A DNA stretch of 64,000 bases. Origin: an uncultured delta proteobacterium. Lineage in GTDB: Bacteria; Myxococcota_A; Polyangia; Polyangiales; Houyiibacteriaceae. The stretch covers positions 736,001 to 800,000 of the forward strand of contig CAVOVB010000002.1 in assembly GCA_963699755.1 (NCBI GenBank), read 5' to 3'. Position numbers and translations under genes: made by a program. Below are positions 54,514-64,000 of the stretch, piece by piece (position 1 is the first letter of the stretch; each line of letters starts with the position of its first letter). The notes beneath the pieces were generated by a model. That model ran no database searches, had not been told where the DNA came from, and was given only the letters and a program-made list of their open reading frames with translations.

Positions 54514-55674
54514 ATGAAGAGTTGGCGTACGATTACATTGGGCGTTCCGATTTTGGTCGCGGCCATCCTGGTCGCGATCGGGGTGACATCGACGCGCGCG
54601 GATGCACCGCCCCAACGGGACAAGCAATCGAGCCCCGAAAAAAAGGGCGGCAAGCTCGCAAAAGCGACTTTCGCGGGCGGGTGTTTTTGGTGCATGGAGG
54701 CGCCGTTCGAGAAGATCGAGGGCGTCGTGAGCGTCACCTCGGGGTATACTGGCGGCAAGGAGACCGCGCCGTCGTATCAAGAGGTCAGCTCGGGGAGGAC
54801 CGGGCACGTCGAAGCCGTCGAGGTGAAGTTCGACCCCACGCTGGTCTCGTACGGGTACCTGCTCGAGGTCTTCTGGCGACAGATCGACCCCACCGACGAC
54901 GGCGGCCAGTTTGCCGACCGGGGAATGCAATATCGTACGGCGATCTTCGCGCACAATCCGGAGCAGCACGCGCTCGCCGAAGCATCGAAACGCGATCTCG
55001 CGAAGAGCGGCATGTTCAAGGCGCCGATCGTGACCGAGATTCGATGGGCCGGACCGTTCTACGCCGCCGAGGCCTATCATCAGGACTACTACAAGAAGAA
55101 CCCGAGCAACTACAAGCGCTATCGCGCGGGATCGGGACGTGAGAGCTTTCTCAACGATGTCTGGGGAAAGAGGCCGCTCGAAGCCCCAGAGAAACCCAGA
55201 GACGCAGGGAAGAAACCAATGAGCGACAAGAGCAAGTCATACCAGAGGCCGACGGAGGCCGAGCTCCGCAAGGAGCTGACGCCAATGCAGTACAAGGTCA
55301 CCCAGGAAGAAGGGACCGAGCCTCCGTTCCGCAACGTCTACTGGGACAACAAGAAGGACGGCATCTATGTCGATGTCGTGACTGGGGAGCCGCTCTTCAG
55401 CTCTACGGACAAGTATGACAGCGGGACCGGCTGGCCCAGCTTCACCAAGCCGATCGACAAAGAGAGCATCACCGAACACGTCGACCGAAAGCTCCTGTCG
55501 ACCCGGACCGAGGTTCGGAGCAAGAACGGGGACAGCCACCTCGGGCACGTCTTCGAGGACGGGCCAGCCCCGACGGGGATGCGCTACTGCATCAACAGCG
55601 CCGCGCTCCGTTTCATCCCGAAGGAAGACCTCGCCAAGGAGGGCTACGGCGAGTACCTAGCGCTCTTCGAGTAA
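54514..55674 (+). CDS. msrAB: exported bifunctional methionine sulfoxide reductase A/B
   Basis: Signal/TM N-terminus; GGCFWC and EAYHQDYY (MsrA); GTEPPF, GWPSF, HLGHVF, RYCINS (MsrB). Confidence 0.96.
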   Translation: MKSWRTITLGVPILVAAILVAIGVTSTRADAPPQRDKQSSPEKKGGKLAKATFAGGCFWCMEAPFEKIEGVVSVTSGYTGGKETAPSYQEVSSGRTGHVEAVEVKFDPTLVSYGYLLEVFWRQIDPTDDGGQFADRGMQYRTAIFAHNPEQHALAEASKRDLAKSGMFKAPIVTEIRWAGPFYAAEAYHQDYYKKNPSNYKRYRAGSGRESFLNDVWGKRPLEAPEKPRDAGKKPMSDKSKSYQRPTEAELRKELTPMQYKVTQEEGTEPPFRNVYWDNKKDGIYVDVVTGEPLFSSTDKYDSGTGWPSFTKPIDKESITEHVDRKLLSTRTEVRSKNGDSHLGHVFEDGPAPTGMRYCINSAALRFIPKEDLAKEGYGEYLALFE

Positions 55675-55677
55675 GCG

Positions 55678-56289
55678 ATGAGGCTTCGGGAGCGTATCAA
55701 GCCCTGGGTCCAGGACTGGGCAATGGGGTTCATGGATGACCTCAGGCCCGAAACCGTGCTGGGCGCCAAGGGCGACGTGCTCGAAATCGGCTTCGGCACG
55801 GGCCGAAATCTCAGACACTACCCGGAGCAGGTGAAATCGGTCTGGGGTATCGACCCGATGACCACTGCAGGGGTCGGTCCCGTCGAGCGGCGAATCGCTG
55901 AGTCCAGCTTCCCGGTGGAGCGAGCGACTCTCTCGGCCGATGAGCGCCTTCCATTCGATGCCGGGCGTTTCGACTGCGTGGTCTCCACTTGGACGCTTTG
56001 TTCGATCCCTGATGCACATGCTGCACTCGCCGAAATGCATCGCGTCCTGAAACCCGGAGGGCTCTACCTGTTCATCGAGCACGGGCTTGGGCGCGCCGAG
56101 CGCACGATTCGCTGGCAGGAGCGCCTGAACCCAATGTGGAGCCGGTTCGCCGACGGCTGCAACCTCAACAGGCCGGTCGACCAGCTGGTCGCGGACAGCG
56201 GCTTCGAGCTCAGGTCGCTCGAAGAGTTCAAGGGCAAGGGGCCACGGCTGGTTTCGCACCTCTACCGAGGCATCGCGGAACGCGCGTGA
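55678..56289 (+). CDS. class I SAM-dependent methyltransferase
   Basis: VLEIGFGTG, TWTLCSI, LKPGG..FIEHG, GCNL. Confidence 0.9.
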   Translation: MRLRERIKPWVQDWAMGFMDDLRPETVLGAKGDVLEIGFGTGRNLRHYPEQVKSVWGIDPMTTAGVGPVERRIAESSFPVERATLSADERLPFDAGRFDCVVSTWTLCSIPDAHAALAEMHRVLKPGGLYLFIEHGLGRAERTIRWQERLNPMWSRFADGCNLNRPVDQLVADSGFELRSLEEFKGKGPRLVSHLYRGIAERA

Positions 56290-56332
56290 GCCGCCGATCC
56301 CCTTTTCCCGCTTGGGTGCTACCCTCTCGTTG

Positions 56333-56764
56333 ATGTCGTGGTTTCGTCGAGGCTTGTCGCTCGCCTGGGAGGCACCGCAGACTGCCCTTGGAGTCGGGAT
56401 GCTAGGGGTCGAAGCCGCTCGACATCGCATCGTCAACATAGAGGTCGAGGATGGCCGCCTCGTGGTCGAGTCCGCCGGAACCGGGATCTCCCTCGGTCAC
56501 ATCGTGTTTTGGAGCCGTGAAAACAGTCGCTGGCAGGACCTGGACGTTCGGAATCGCGCCCATGAGCTCGGGCATTGCAAGCAGTCACGCCTGCTCGGCT
56601 GGCTCTACTTGCCCCTGGTGGGCCTGCCGTCTATTTCCCGCGCAGCGTATGCCCTTTTGTTTCGCGAAGTGACGGGCCAGCAGTGGACCCGGTACTACGA
56701 GGGCTATCCGGAGAATTGGGCTGACCGCCTGGGCGGCGTGATGCGCAGGAGAGAGCTGGGCTGA
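56333..56764 (+). CDS. hypothetical HExxH-motif protein
   Basis: ISLG...AHELGH.KQS..LG.LYL...E..AD; TGATG overlap with the radical SAM gene. Confidence 0.7.
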   Translation: MSWFRRGLSLAWEAPQTALGVGMLGVEAARHRIVNIEVEDGRLVVESAGTGISLGHIVFWSRENSRWQDLDVRNRAHELGHCKQSRLLGWLYLPLVGLPSISRAAYALLFREVTGQQWTRYYEGYPENWADRLGGVMRRRELG

Positions 56765-57864
56765 TGGAGCTTCAAACCGTAGGAACCAGATACCAGGGCT
56801 TCATCTACCGTCAGCAGCCTCGCAACGTGTACTGGGAGACGACGATCTCTTGCGACCTGGCCTGCCAGCACTGCCGCGCAAGCGCGATCCCTCATCGCGA
56901 CCCGGCCGAGCTGACCACCGAGCAGGGCAAAGCGCTGATGCGAAGCGTTCAGGAGCTTGGCAGCATGCTCGTGCTGACCGGAGGCGACCCGCTCAAGCGC
57001 CCAGATATCGCGGAGCTGATCGAGTACGGACGCTCGCTTCCGATTCACGTGTCGATTACGCCGAGCACGACGCCGCTTCTGCAACGCAAGACGGTGGAGC
57101 GATTTCACGAGCTTGGGGTCACCGCGATGGGCGTCAGCCTCGATGGGCCGACCGCCGAGATTCACGACGCATTTCGAAACGTCCCGGGGACCTTCGAGTA
57201 CTCGATGCGGGCGCTTCAATGGGCGCGCGAGTTCGACATTCCAGTGCAGGTCAACACGACCGTGACGGCAAAGACTCTCCCCCATGTCCAAGCGATGTAC
57301 GAGCTGCTCCGCGACCAGGCTGCGCCTCCGGTGCGTCGCTGGAGCCTTTTTCTGCTGATTCCGGTAGGCCGTGGGGCCGAGCTCGACACACCGAGCGCCG
57401 ATGACGTCGAAAAGCTCTTCGACTGGGTTTACTCGATTTCTTCAAAGGCCCCGTTCCGGGTCGGCACGACCGAGGCCCCGCACTACCGTCGCTATTGGAT
57501 TCAGCAGAAGCTCAAAGAGGGCATGCCGCTCGAAGCCATTCAAGCGCGTGCGCGGCAGATGTCGTTTGGGATCCGCGATGGCAACGGCGTCATCTTCGTC
57601 TCGCATCTCGGCGAGGTGTACCCCGCTGGCTTTCTGCCCTACCCGCTTTTAGGCAACGTCAAAGAGCAGCCGCTTCACTCGATTTATCGCGAGTCCGAAG
57701 CGCTTCACGAGATTCAGGACCCGGTCAATTACAAGGGTCGCTGTGGGCGTTGCGAGTTCAAGTTCGCCTGCGGCGGTTCGCGCGCGCGAGCGTATGCAAT
57801 GACGGGCGACCCGCTCGGAGAAGACCCGCTCTGCGCGTATGAGCCTGGCGACGCGCCGACCTGA
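56764..57864 (+). CDS. radical SAM/SPASM protein (NirJ/Ahb-related, TIGR04053-like)
   Basis: WETT.SCDLACQHCRA (CxxxCxxC), LTGGDP, C-terminal KGRCGRCEF..CGGSRARAY..DPLC. Confidence 0.88.
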   Translation: MELQTVGTRYQGFIYRQQPRNVYWETTISCDLACQHCRASAIPHRDPAELTTEQGKALMRSVQELGSMLVLTGGDPLKRPDIAELIEYGRSLPIHVSITPSTTPLLQRKTVERFHELGVTAMGVSLDGPTAEIHDAFRNVPGTFEYSMRALQWAREFDIPVQVNTTVTAKTLPHVQAMYELLRDQAAPPVRRWSLFLLIPVGRGAELDTPSADDVEKLFDWVYSISSKAPFRVGTTEAPHYRRYWIQQKLKEGMPLEAIQARARQMSFGIRDGNGVIFVSHLGEVYPAGFLPYPLLGNVKEQPLHSIYRESEALHEIQDPVNYKGRCGRCEFKFACGGSRARAYAMTGDPLGEDPLCAYEPGDAPT

Positions 57865-57894
57865 GCCCCTCGCTCGGCGACGGGGCTACTTTTT
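57864..57894 (+). terminator. intrinsic terminator between convergent genes
   Basis: AGCCCC-TCGC-TCG-GCGA-C-GGGGCT followed by ACTTTTT. Confidence 0.6.
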
Positions 57895-59010
57895 GGGGAG
57901 GCCGAGCGCACGGTCGGCGATCAGATTCAGCAAGAGGTTGTTGAAGACGTAGACGGTCCCTTCGCGGAGCTTGCGCTCGACGTGATACTCCGAGGCGAGG
58001 CCCCAGCCGCCAAAGGTGGTCAGCGCCGCACGCGAAGTCTCCCAGGCCGCTTCCGACGCCAAGACTTTCGCCATCGCCGAGCGCGGCACCGCGTCCTCAC
58101 CACGATCGACGAGCTCGAGAACGTCCCAGCGCATCAGGTCCGCGGCCTCGACTTTGGCGTAGGCTTGCACCAGCGGGTACTGGATGCCCTGGTTGACGCC
58201 GATGAGCTGGTCGAAGGTCTTGCGCGTTTTGGCATAGTCGATGCTGCGATCCAGCAGGAAACGCGCATTGCCGATCGCCTCGGAGGCCGCGAGCACGCGT
58301 CGAATCACGAAGCCTTTCATCAGGCAGGGAAGCCCTTCGCCGACGGGTCCGATCCGCGCGCTGTCCGGCACGCGGAGGTCGTCGATGAACAGGCTTGCGG
58401 TCATGCGGTGGGCGACGAGGTCGATGGGATGCATCTCGACCTGGTCGCCGACGTCATCGAGGTCGAGCAGGAAAAGCGTGGTGCCTTCATCGGCGCGCGC
58501 CAGAAGAATCAGCAAGCGCGTATGCCCCGCAAACGAGATGAGCACCTTGCTCGCGTTGATGAGCCAGCCGTCGCCCTCGCGGCGAGCGCTGCTCGCGAGC
58601 TCGTTCATGTTCGCACCGCTGTCGGGCTCGGTGGCCGCTACGGTTAGGAATCGAATGTCGCCAGACGCGACGCCTGGCAGATACCGCTGTTTTTGCTCTT
58701 CAGTTCCGTGAAGGACGAGGGTGCGGCAGATGGCCATCTGCGCGTTGACCGATGCGGCGTCGCCGCCCGCGCGGTTGATCTCTTCGACTAGCACGGATGC
58801 CACGCGGGCTCCTGCGTCCAGGCCGCCGTAGGCCTCGGGGATGAAGGTGCCGAAGTAGCCCGCCTCGCCGATCGTGTCGAAGAAGGCGCTTGGAAAGGTT
58901 TTGGCCGCGTCCTGTTCGCGCCAGTAATCGGGTCCAAAACGCTGGAGCGCGGGGCCGAGCGCAGCGCGGACTTCATCCAGCGCGAAATCGGAGCTTTGTT
59001 TGGACGCCAT
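57886..59010 (-). CDS. acyl-CoA dehydrogenase family protein
   Basis: TEPDSG, R..F...IG.NQG.Q..L, GGWG...EY.VER. Confidence 0.9.
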   Translation of the reverse strand: MASKQSSDFALDEVRAALGPALQRFGPDYWREQDAAKTFPSAFFDTIGEAGYFGTFIPEAYGGLDAGARVASVLVEEINRAGGDAASVNAQMAICRTLVLHGTEEQKQRYLPGVASGDIRFLTVAATEPDSGANMNELASSARREGDGWLINASKVLISFAGHTRLLILLARADEGTTLFLLDLDDVGDQVEMHPIDLVAHRMTASLFIDDLRVPDSARIGPVGEGLPCLMKGFVIRRVLAASEAIGNARFLLDRSIDYAKTRKTFDQLIGVNQGIQYPLVQAYAKVEAADLMRWDVLELVDRGEDAVPRSAMAKVLASEAAWETSRAALTTFGGWGLASEYHVERKLREGTVYVFNNLLLNLIADRALGLPKK

Positions 59011-59105
59011 GCGACTGCAGCTTTACATCGGGTCCGGTCAAACGCCAAAAGGGCGCAGCAGCACCCGGACGCGGACACCGAGGTCGGTCACGACGGCTGG
59101 GCCGC

Positions 59106-60485
59106 TCATAGTGTCGTGAGCCAGCGCCAATCGGCGCCGAGCAAATCGTTCGCCTCGGGCGGCCCCCAGCTGCCCCGCGGATACGGAGCGACGGGTCGAC
59201 TGTCGGCCAAAGCGCTGTCGACGATTCTCCAGGCCTCCATCACGCCGTCTTGACGCGCGAACAAGCCTGGGTCGCCGCGAAGCGCGTCACCGATCAGCCG
59301 ATCGTAGGCATCGCGGCCTTTGGGCCTATCGTGCTCGAGGTGTAGCTCGATCGGGCGACTGACCATCGCGGGCCCGGGCTTTTTGGCTTGCATCGACAGA
59401 CTGATCCCGTCGTCGGGCTTGGTGCGGAACGTCAATCGGTTTGGGCTCGGACGACAGCTCGCGTCGGCGAACAGTGGGCGTGGAGGACGGTCGAACTCGA
59501 CAACCGCTTCGGTCACGGTGGAATGAAGGCCCTTGCCCGCGCGAATGATCCAAGGCACTCCAGCCCAGCGCCACGAATCGAGCTCCAGTCGCACGGCCGT
59601 GAAGGTCTCGGTATCGGAGTCGGCGGCGACACCAGGCTCTTCACGGTATCCAAGATACTGTCCGCGCACGACCGCATCGGGGGACGGCGCCACGATCGCG
59701 CTCAGGGCTTTGGCCCGCTCGTCACGCAAGGAATCCGGGTCGTCGGAGACCGGTGGCTCCATCGCGAGCAGCGAAAGGACCTGCAGGAGATGATTCTGCA
59801 CGACATCGCGCATGGTGCCGACCTTGTCGTAGAACGAGCCTCTTCCCTCGATACCGAAGTCCTCGGCCATGGTGATTTGAACGCCGCGCACGTAGTGGCG
59901 GTTCCAAATCGGCTCCAAGACGGTGTTGGAGAAGCGAAAGATCATGAGGTTCTGAACGGATTCCTTTCCGAGGAAGTGATCGATGCGGTACACCTGGCCT
60001 TCGGGGAAATGACGGTGGATGATGTCATTGAGCTCCGTGGCGGACTGCGCATCTCGACCGAACGGCTTTTCGAGCACCAGTCGGCCGCCACGATTGAGTC
60101 CCACCGAGGCGAGGCCCTCGACGACGTCGTCAAACAGGCCCGGAGGGATGGCCAGGTACGATACGGAGCGGGTTCTGCCCGATAGCTTCGCGAAGATCGC
60201 CTCGTAGGTGCCGGGCTCGCGGTAGTTGCCGGACACGTAGCTCAGGTTGGCGGCGAGCCGCGCGAACACCTCTTCGTCGATGGGGCTGCCCGAAACTTCC
60301 AGGGCCTCCCGCGCCTTGCCTCGCAAGGTCTCGTCATCCCAGCCGCGCGACGCCACCCCGACGACCGGGATGTCGAGCTTGCCGGCGGCGGTGAGGTCGT
60401 ACAGAGCGGAGAACAGCTTCCTTCGCGCGAGGTCTCCGGTGATGCCGAAGAGGATCAGCGCATCGGCGTAGCTCGTGTCGCTCAT
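59106..60485 (-). CDS. zwf: glucose-6-phosphate 1-dehydrogenase
   Basis: FGITGDLA, EKPFG, RIDHFLGKE, RDVVQNH, RWAGVP..RAGK. Confidence 0.96.
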   Translation of the reverse strand: MSDTSYADALILFGITGDLARRKLFSALYDLTAAGKLDIPVVGVASRGWDDETLRGKAREALEVSGSPIDEEVFARLAANLSYVSGNYREPGTYEAIFAKLSGRTRSVSYLAIPPGLFDDVVEGLASVGLNRGGRLVLEKPFGRDAQSATELNDIIHRHFPEGQVYRIDHFLGKESVQNLMIFRFSNTVLEPIWNRHYVRGVQITMAEDFGIEGRGSFYDKVGTMRDVVQNHLLQVLSLLAMEPPVSDDPDSLRDERAKALSAIVAPSPDAVVRGQYLGYREEPGVAADSDTETFTAVRLELDSWRWAGVPWIIRAGKGLHSTVTEAVVEFDRPPRPLFADASCRPSPNRLTFRTKPDDGISLSMQAKKPGPAMVSRPIELHLEHDRPKGRDAYDRLIGDALRGDPGLFARQDGVMEAWRIVDSALADSRPVAPYPRGSWGPPEANDLLGADWRWLTTL

Positions 60486-61781
60486 CTAGGCCGCCAGTAA
60501 GCCCCGCAGGGCTTCGTACACGTCGGGGTGGTTGGCGATGTGGATGTGATTCATGCCGAACAAGACCGCACCGCTCGAGAAATGGATCCGGCGGGCCGGT
60601 TCAGGGGCCTGTCCCGAGGCGCTCGGCAGTCGAACCATCAGGTCGCCAAGCAACTGACCCAGTGGATGATCGGGATCACGCGAAATCGTCGCTGCCAGGA
60701 AGTAGTAGCCGACTCCGTCGACGAGCGGGATGTTGCGGCGGGCGTCGGCAAAGACCTCGTCTGGATCGCGCCCCAGCCATTCTTCGTCGACGGTATAGCC
60801 ATAGCGGAGGTCTTTGACGCCCGCGCTTCGAGCATCGAGCAATGCGGCTGGAACTTGTGCGCCCGCTGCTTCCACCTTTCGTAGCGCCCCGGTCATGAGG
60901 CTCACGGCCTTCTCGAGTGGTGCGCCGAGGTGAGGCGACCCGATGCAGGCCACGTGACGAAGCTCGGCGACCCATGGTTCGTTGTGCTCGCGCGCGTAGT
61001 GCGCCGCACTTCGGGCGACCAAGCCGCCCATGCTGTGTCCGACGAGGGCGACCTCTTCGACTGGCACCGGGTACGCTTCGAGCGTCTGGGTGATCAGCTT
61101 GGCCAGCGCACGCCCGTTCTCGGAGATGTGCCGGCCGGTGTTGTAACGCAGATAGATCGGCGTGAAGCCGAGGTCGTCCGAGAGACGCGTGCCGAAGGTC
61201 ACGTCGGGATCGCCGTAGTGGGCTTCGGAAGAAAGGCTCCAGAGCCACTCGGTCGCCGCGAGGCTGTGCACGAACACACAGACCTTGTTCGTGGGGTTCG
61301 GAAACGCGGCCGCAAAGGCCTCGGGGGTGACGGGAAGGTGCCGACCGTGGTGGCGCAGGGTCATCCCGAGATCGAGACGGCTGTTCTTTCGGCTCAGGTG
61401 GTCACCCCAAAAACCGTTGATCGAGGCCTGAAGATAGTCGAGGTACCAGGCCGCCGTGCCCGCCGCACTGGACCGCAGGGGCGTGGCGAGCTCTAGGTCA
61501 GCGGGCTCGGACACTTGTTCGAGACCAGCCTCGGCCACATCGGCGACAGCGTTTACCGTGAAGCGGCTGATGCCGTTGAGCACCCGCACCGACTCGAAAA
61601 CGCCGCTCGAAATCGCCTTTTGGACCCCGGTTACGACTTTGGCCGTGCTTTTGGCGGGCTCGACCGGCGCAAATCGCCGCACCGACCTCTCCACGACCGC
61701 ATCATGGGTTCGCTCGACGAGGTTGGTGGTCTCCTCGACGACGTCGAACACCAAATCCATGAATCCTCGAACCCTTCGCAT
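60486..61781 (-). CDS. PGAP1-like alpha/beta hydrolase
   Basis: RYNTGRHISENG, GHSMGG, GSPH.GAPLE, GD.MV...SA, C-terminal His. Confidence 0.85.
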   Translation of the reverse strand: MRRVRGFMDLVFDVVEETTNLVERTHDAVVERSVRRFAPVEPAKSTAKVVTGVQKAISSGVFESVRVLNGISRFTVNAVADVAEAGLEQVSEPADLELATPLRSSAAGTAAWYLDYLQASINGFWGDHLSRKNSRLDLGMTLRHHGRHLPVTPEAFAAAFPNPTNKVCVFVHSLAATEWLWSLSSEAHYGDPDVTFGTRLSDDLGFTPIYLRYNTGRHISENGRALAKLITQTLEAYPVPVEEVALVGHSMGGLVARSAAHYAREHNEPWVAELRHVACIGSPHLGAPLEKAVSLMTGALRKVEAAGAQVPAALLDARSAGVKDLRYGYTVDEEWLGRDPDEVFADARRNIPLVDGVGYYFLAATISRDPDHPLGQLLGDLMVRLPSASGQAPEPARRIHFSSGAVLFGMNHIHIANHPDVYEALRGLLAA

Positions 61782-61871
61782 GCCTTTGAGGCGCAGCCTG
61801 CACGCTGAGGGCCCTCCTGTCGAGGACAGGAACGGCTTGAGGGAGGGCCCTTGAAGTGCTCCACTACGACG

Positions 61872-62606
61872 ATGAAGACACGTTCGATCCAGCTACTCCT
61901 GATCTCTGTTGCCATGCTGCTCGGCGCGGCTTGCCAGAGCAAGGGTCCGGCCCCGAAAGAGGCAAGTGGGGCCGCCCCCAAGGTTGGCACCAGCGAAACC
62001 GGTGGCGCGCATCCCGGCAGTGCAAATGACCCGCACGCGGGAATGGCACCGGTCGGAGATCCGCATGCGGGAGTGGACATGACCCAGAGGCCGCAGGCTG
62101 GCGCGCCGGTCTTCGGGCAACCCGATGCGGCGGGAATGGTCGATCTGGGGGAGGTCGCTTTTAAGGTGCCCGATGGGTGGACCGCCCAGGCGCCGAAGTC
62201 GGCGATGCGTCGCGCGCAGCTGAGCGCGACAGGTTCCGCGGGGCCGGCCGAGCTGATCGTGTACTTCTTCGGCCCCCAAGGCGCAGGCACCACGCAGGAG
62301 AACATCGATCGCTGGGTGGGACAGTTCAGCAATCCGGACGGCTCGCCGGTTTCCTCTTCGAAGCAGACCAAGAGCAAGGCAGCCGGTGTGGACGTGACCA
62401 GGCTTGAGGTCGCAGGCCAGTACTCGGGTGGGATGTCGCCGACGGGTCAGCAGCAGGCCGCACAGGCCAATCAACGCCTGATCGCCGCCGTGGTGAACAC
62501 TCCGGGTGGGCCATACTACTTCAAGTTCCTCGGACCAGACGCAACGGTGGTGGAACAGGGCGCTGCCTTCGACGAGCTGATCTCGTCGCTCGTCCCCTCA
62601 CCCTGA
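61872..62606 (+). CDS. hypothetical lipoprotein with tandem DPHAG repeats
   Basis: Lipobox GAAC; NDPHAGM..GDPHAGV; later NIDRWVGQF..YYFKFLGP motif. Confidence 0.78.
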   Translation: MKTRSIQLLLISVAMLLGAACQSKGPAPKEASGAAPKVGTSETGGAHPGSANDPHAGMAPVGDPHAGVDMTQRPQAGAPVFGQPDAAGMVDLGEVAFKVPDGWTAQAPKSAMRRAQLSATGSAGPAELIVYFFGPQGAGTTQENIDRWVGQFSNPDGSPVSSSKQTKSKAAGVDVTRLEVAGQYSGGMSPTGQQQAAQANQRLIAAVVNTPGGPYYFKFLGPDATVVEQGAAFDELISSLVPSP

Positions 62607-62673
62607 GCGTCGCGCCCCCGCTTTGATCGGGCTTCCACTTGCGGGATTTCCCAGCTAAGTTCAACCCCGAACA

Positions 62674-64000
<1,327 letters not shown>

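Noticed and set aside
61808..61851. 10-bp inverted repeat AGGGCCCTCC/GGAGGGCCCT with inner TGTC/GACA
   Set aside because: Real, but single-copy in the window, GC-rich, and not matching any riboswitch I recognise.

Overview
A GC-rich bacterial chromosomal segment, most likely Myxococcota (Polyangia-like), inferred from a Myxococcus-type LexA box at recA, the split pntAA/pntAB/pntB transhydrogenase and Cys-rich secreted proteins. Positions 1-49.7 kb are mostly core genes: end of trxB, feoAB, tpx, tkt, pnt, prs-rplY-pth-rpsF-rpsR-rplI-dnaB, hisIE, cinA-recA-cdnL, an M16 peptidase pair, glmS, lolA, argJ, secA, fur, argS and gpmI. Positions 49.7-64 kb are more accessory: an IsdG-like monooxygenase, a CYP142-like P450 with ferredoxin, tag, MscS, exported MsrAB, a radical SAM/SPASM protein, an acyl-CoA dehydrogenase, zwf, an acyltransferase and part of a DEAD-box helicase. 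I found no tRNA, rRNA, CRISPR array, integrase or transposase. The most interesting signals are non-coding. (1) An unannotated ~180-nt structured minus-strand small RNA at ~31305-31484 lies between a textbook sigma54 -24/-12 promoter and an intrinsic terminator. (2) A perfect actinobacterial KstR-type operator (TAGAACTTGTTCTA) and a second palindrome overlap the promoter of the CYP142-like P450. (3) Many genes have a -10 hexamer 6-8 nt before the start codon and no Shine-Dalgarno, suggesting leaderless translation. (4) A Fur box covers the feoA promoter, and an unlisted 49-aa Cys-free membrane protein gene follows feoB. All calls are by eye; no searches or folding programs were run.
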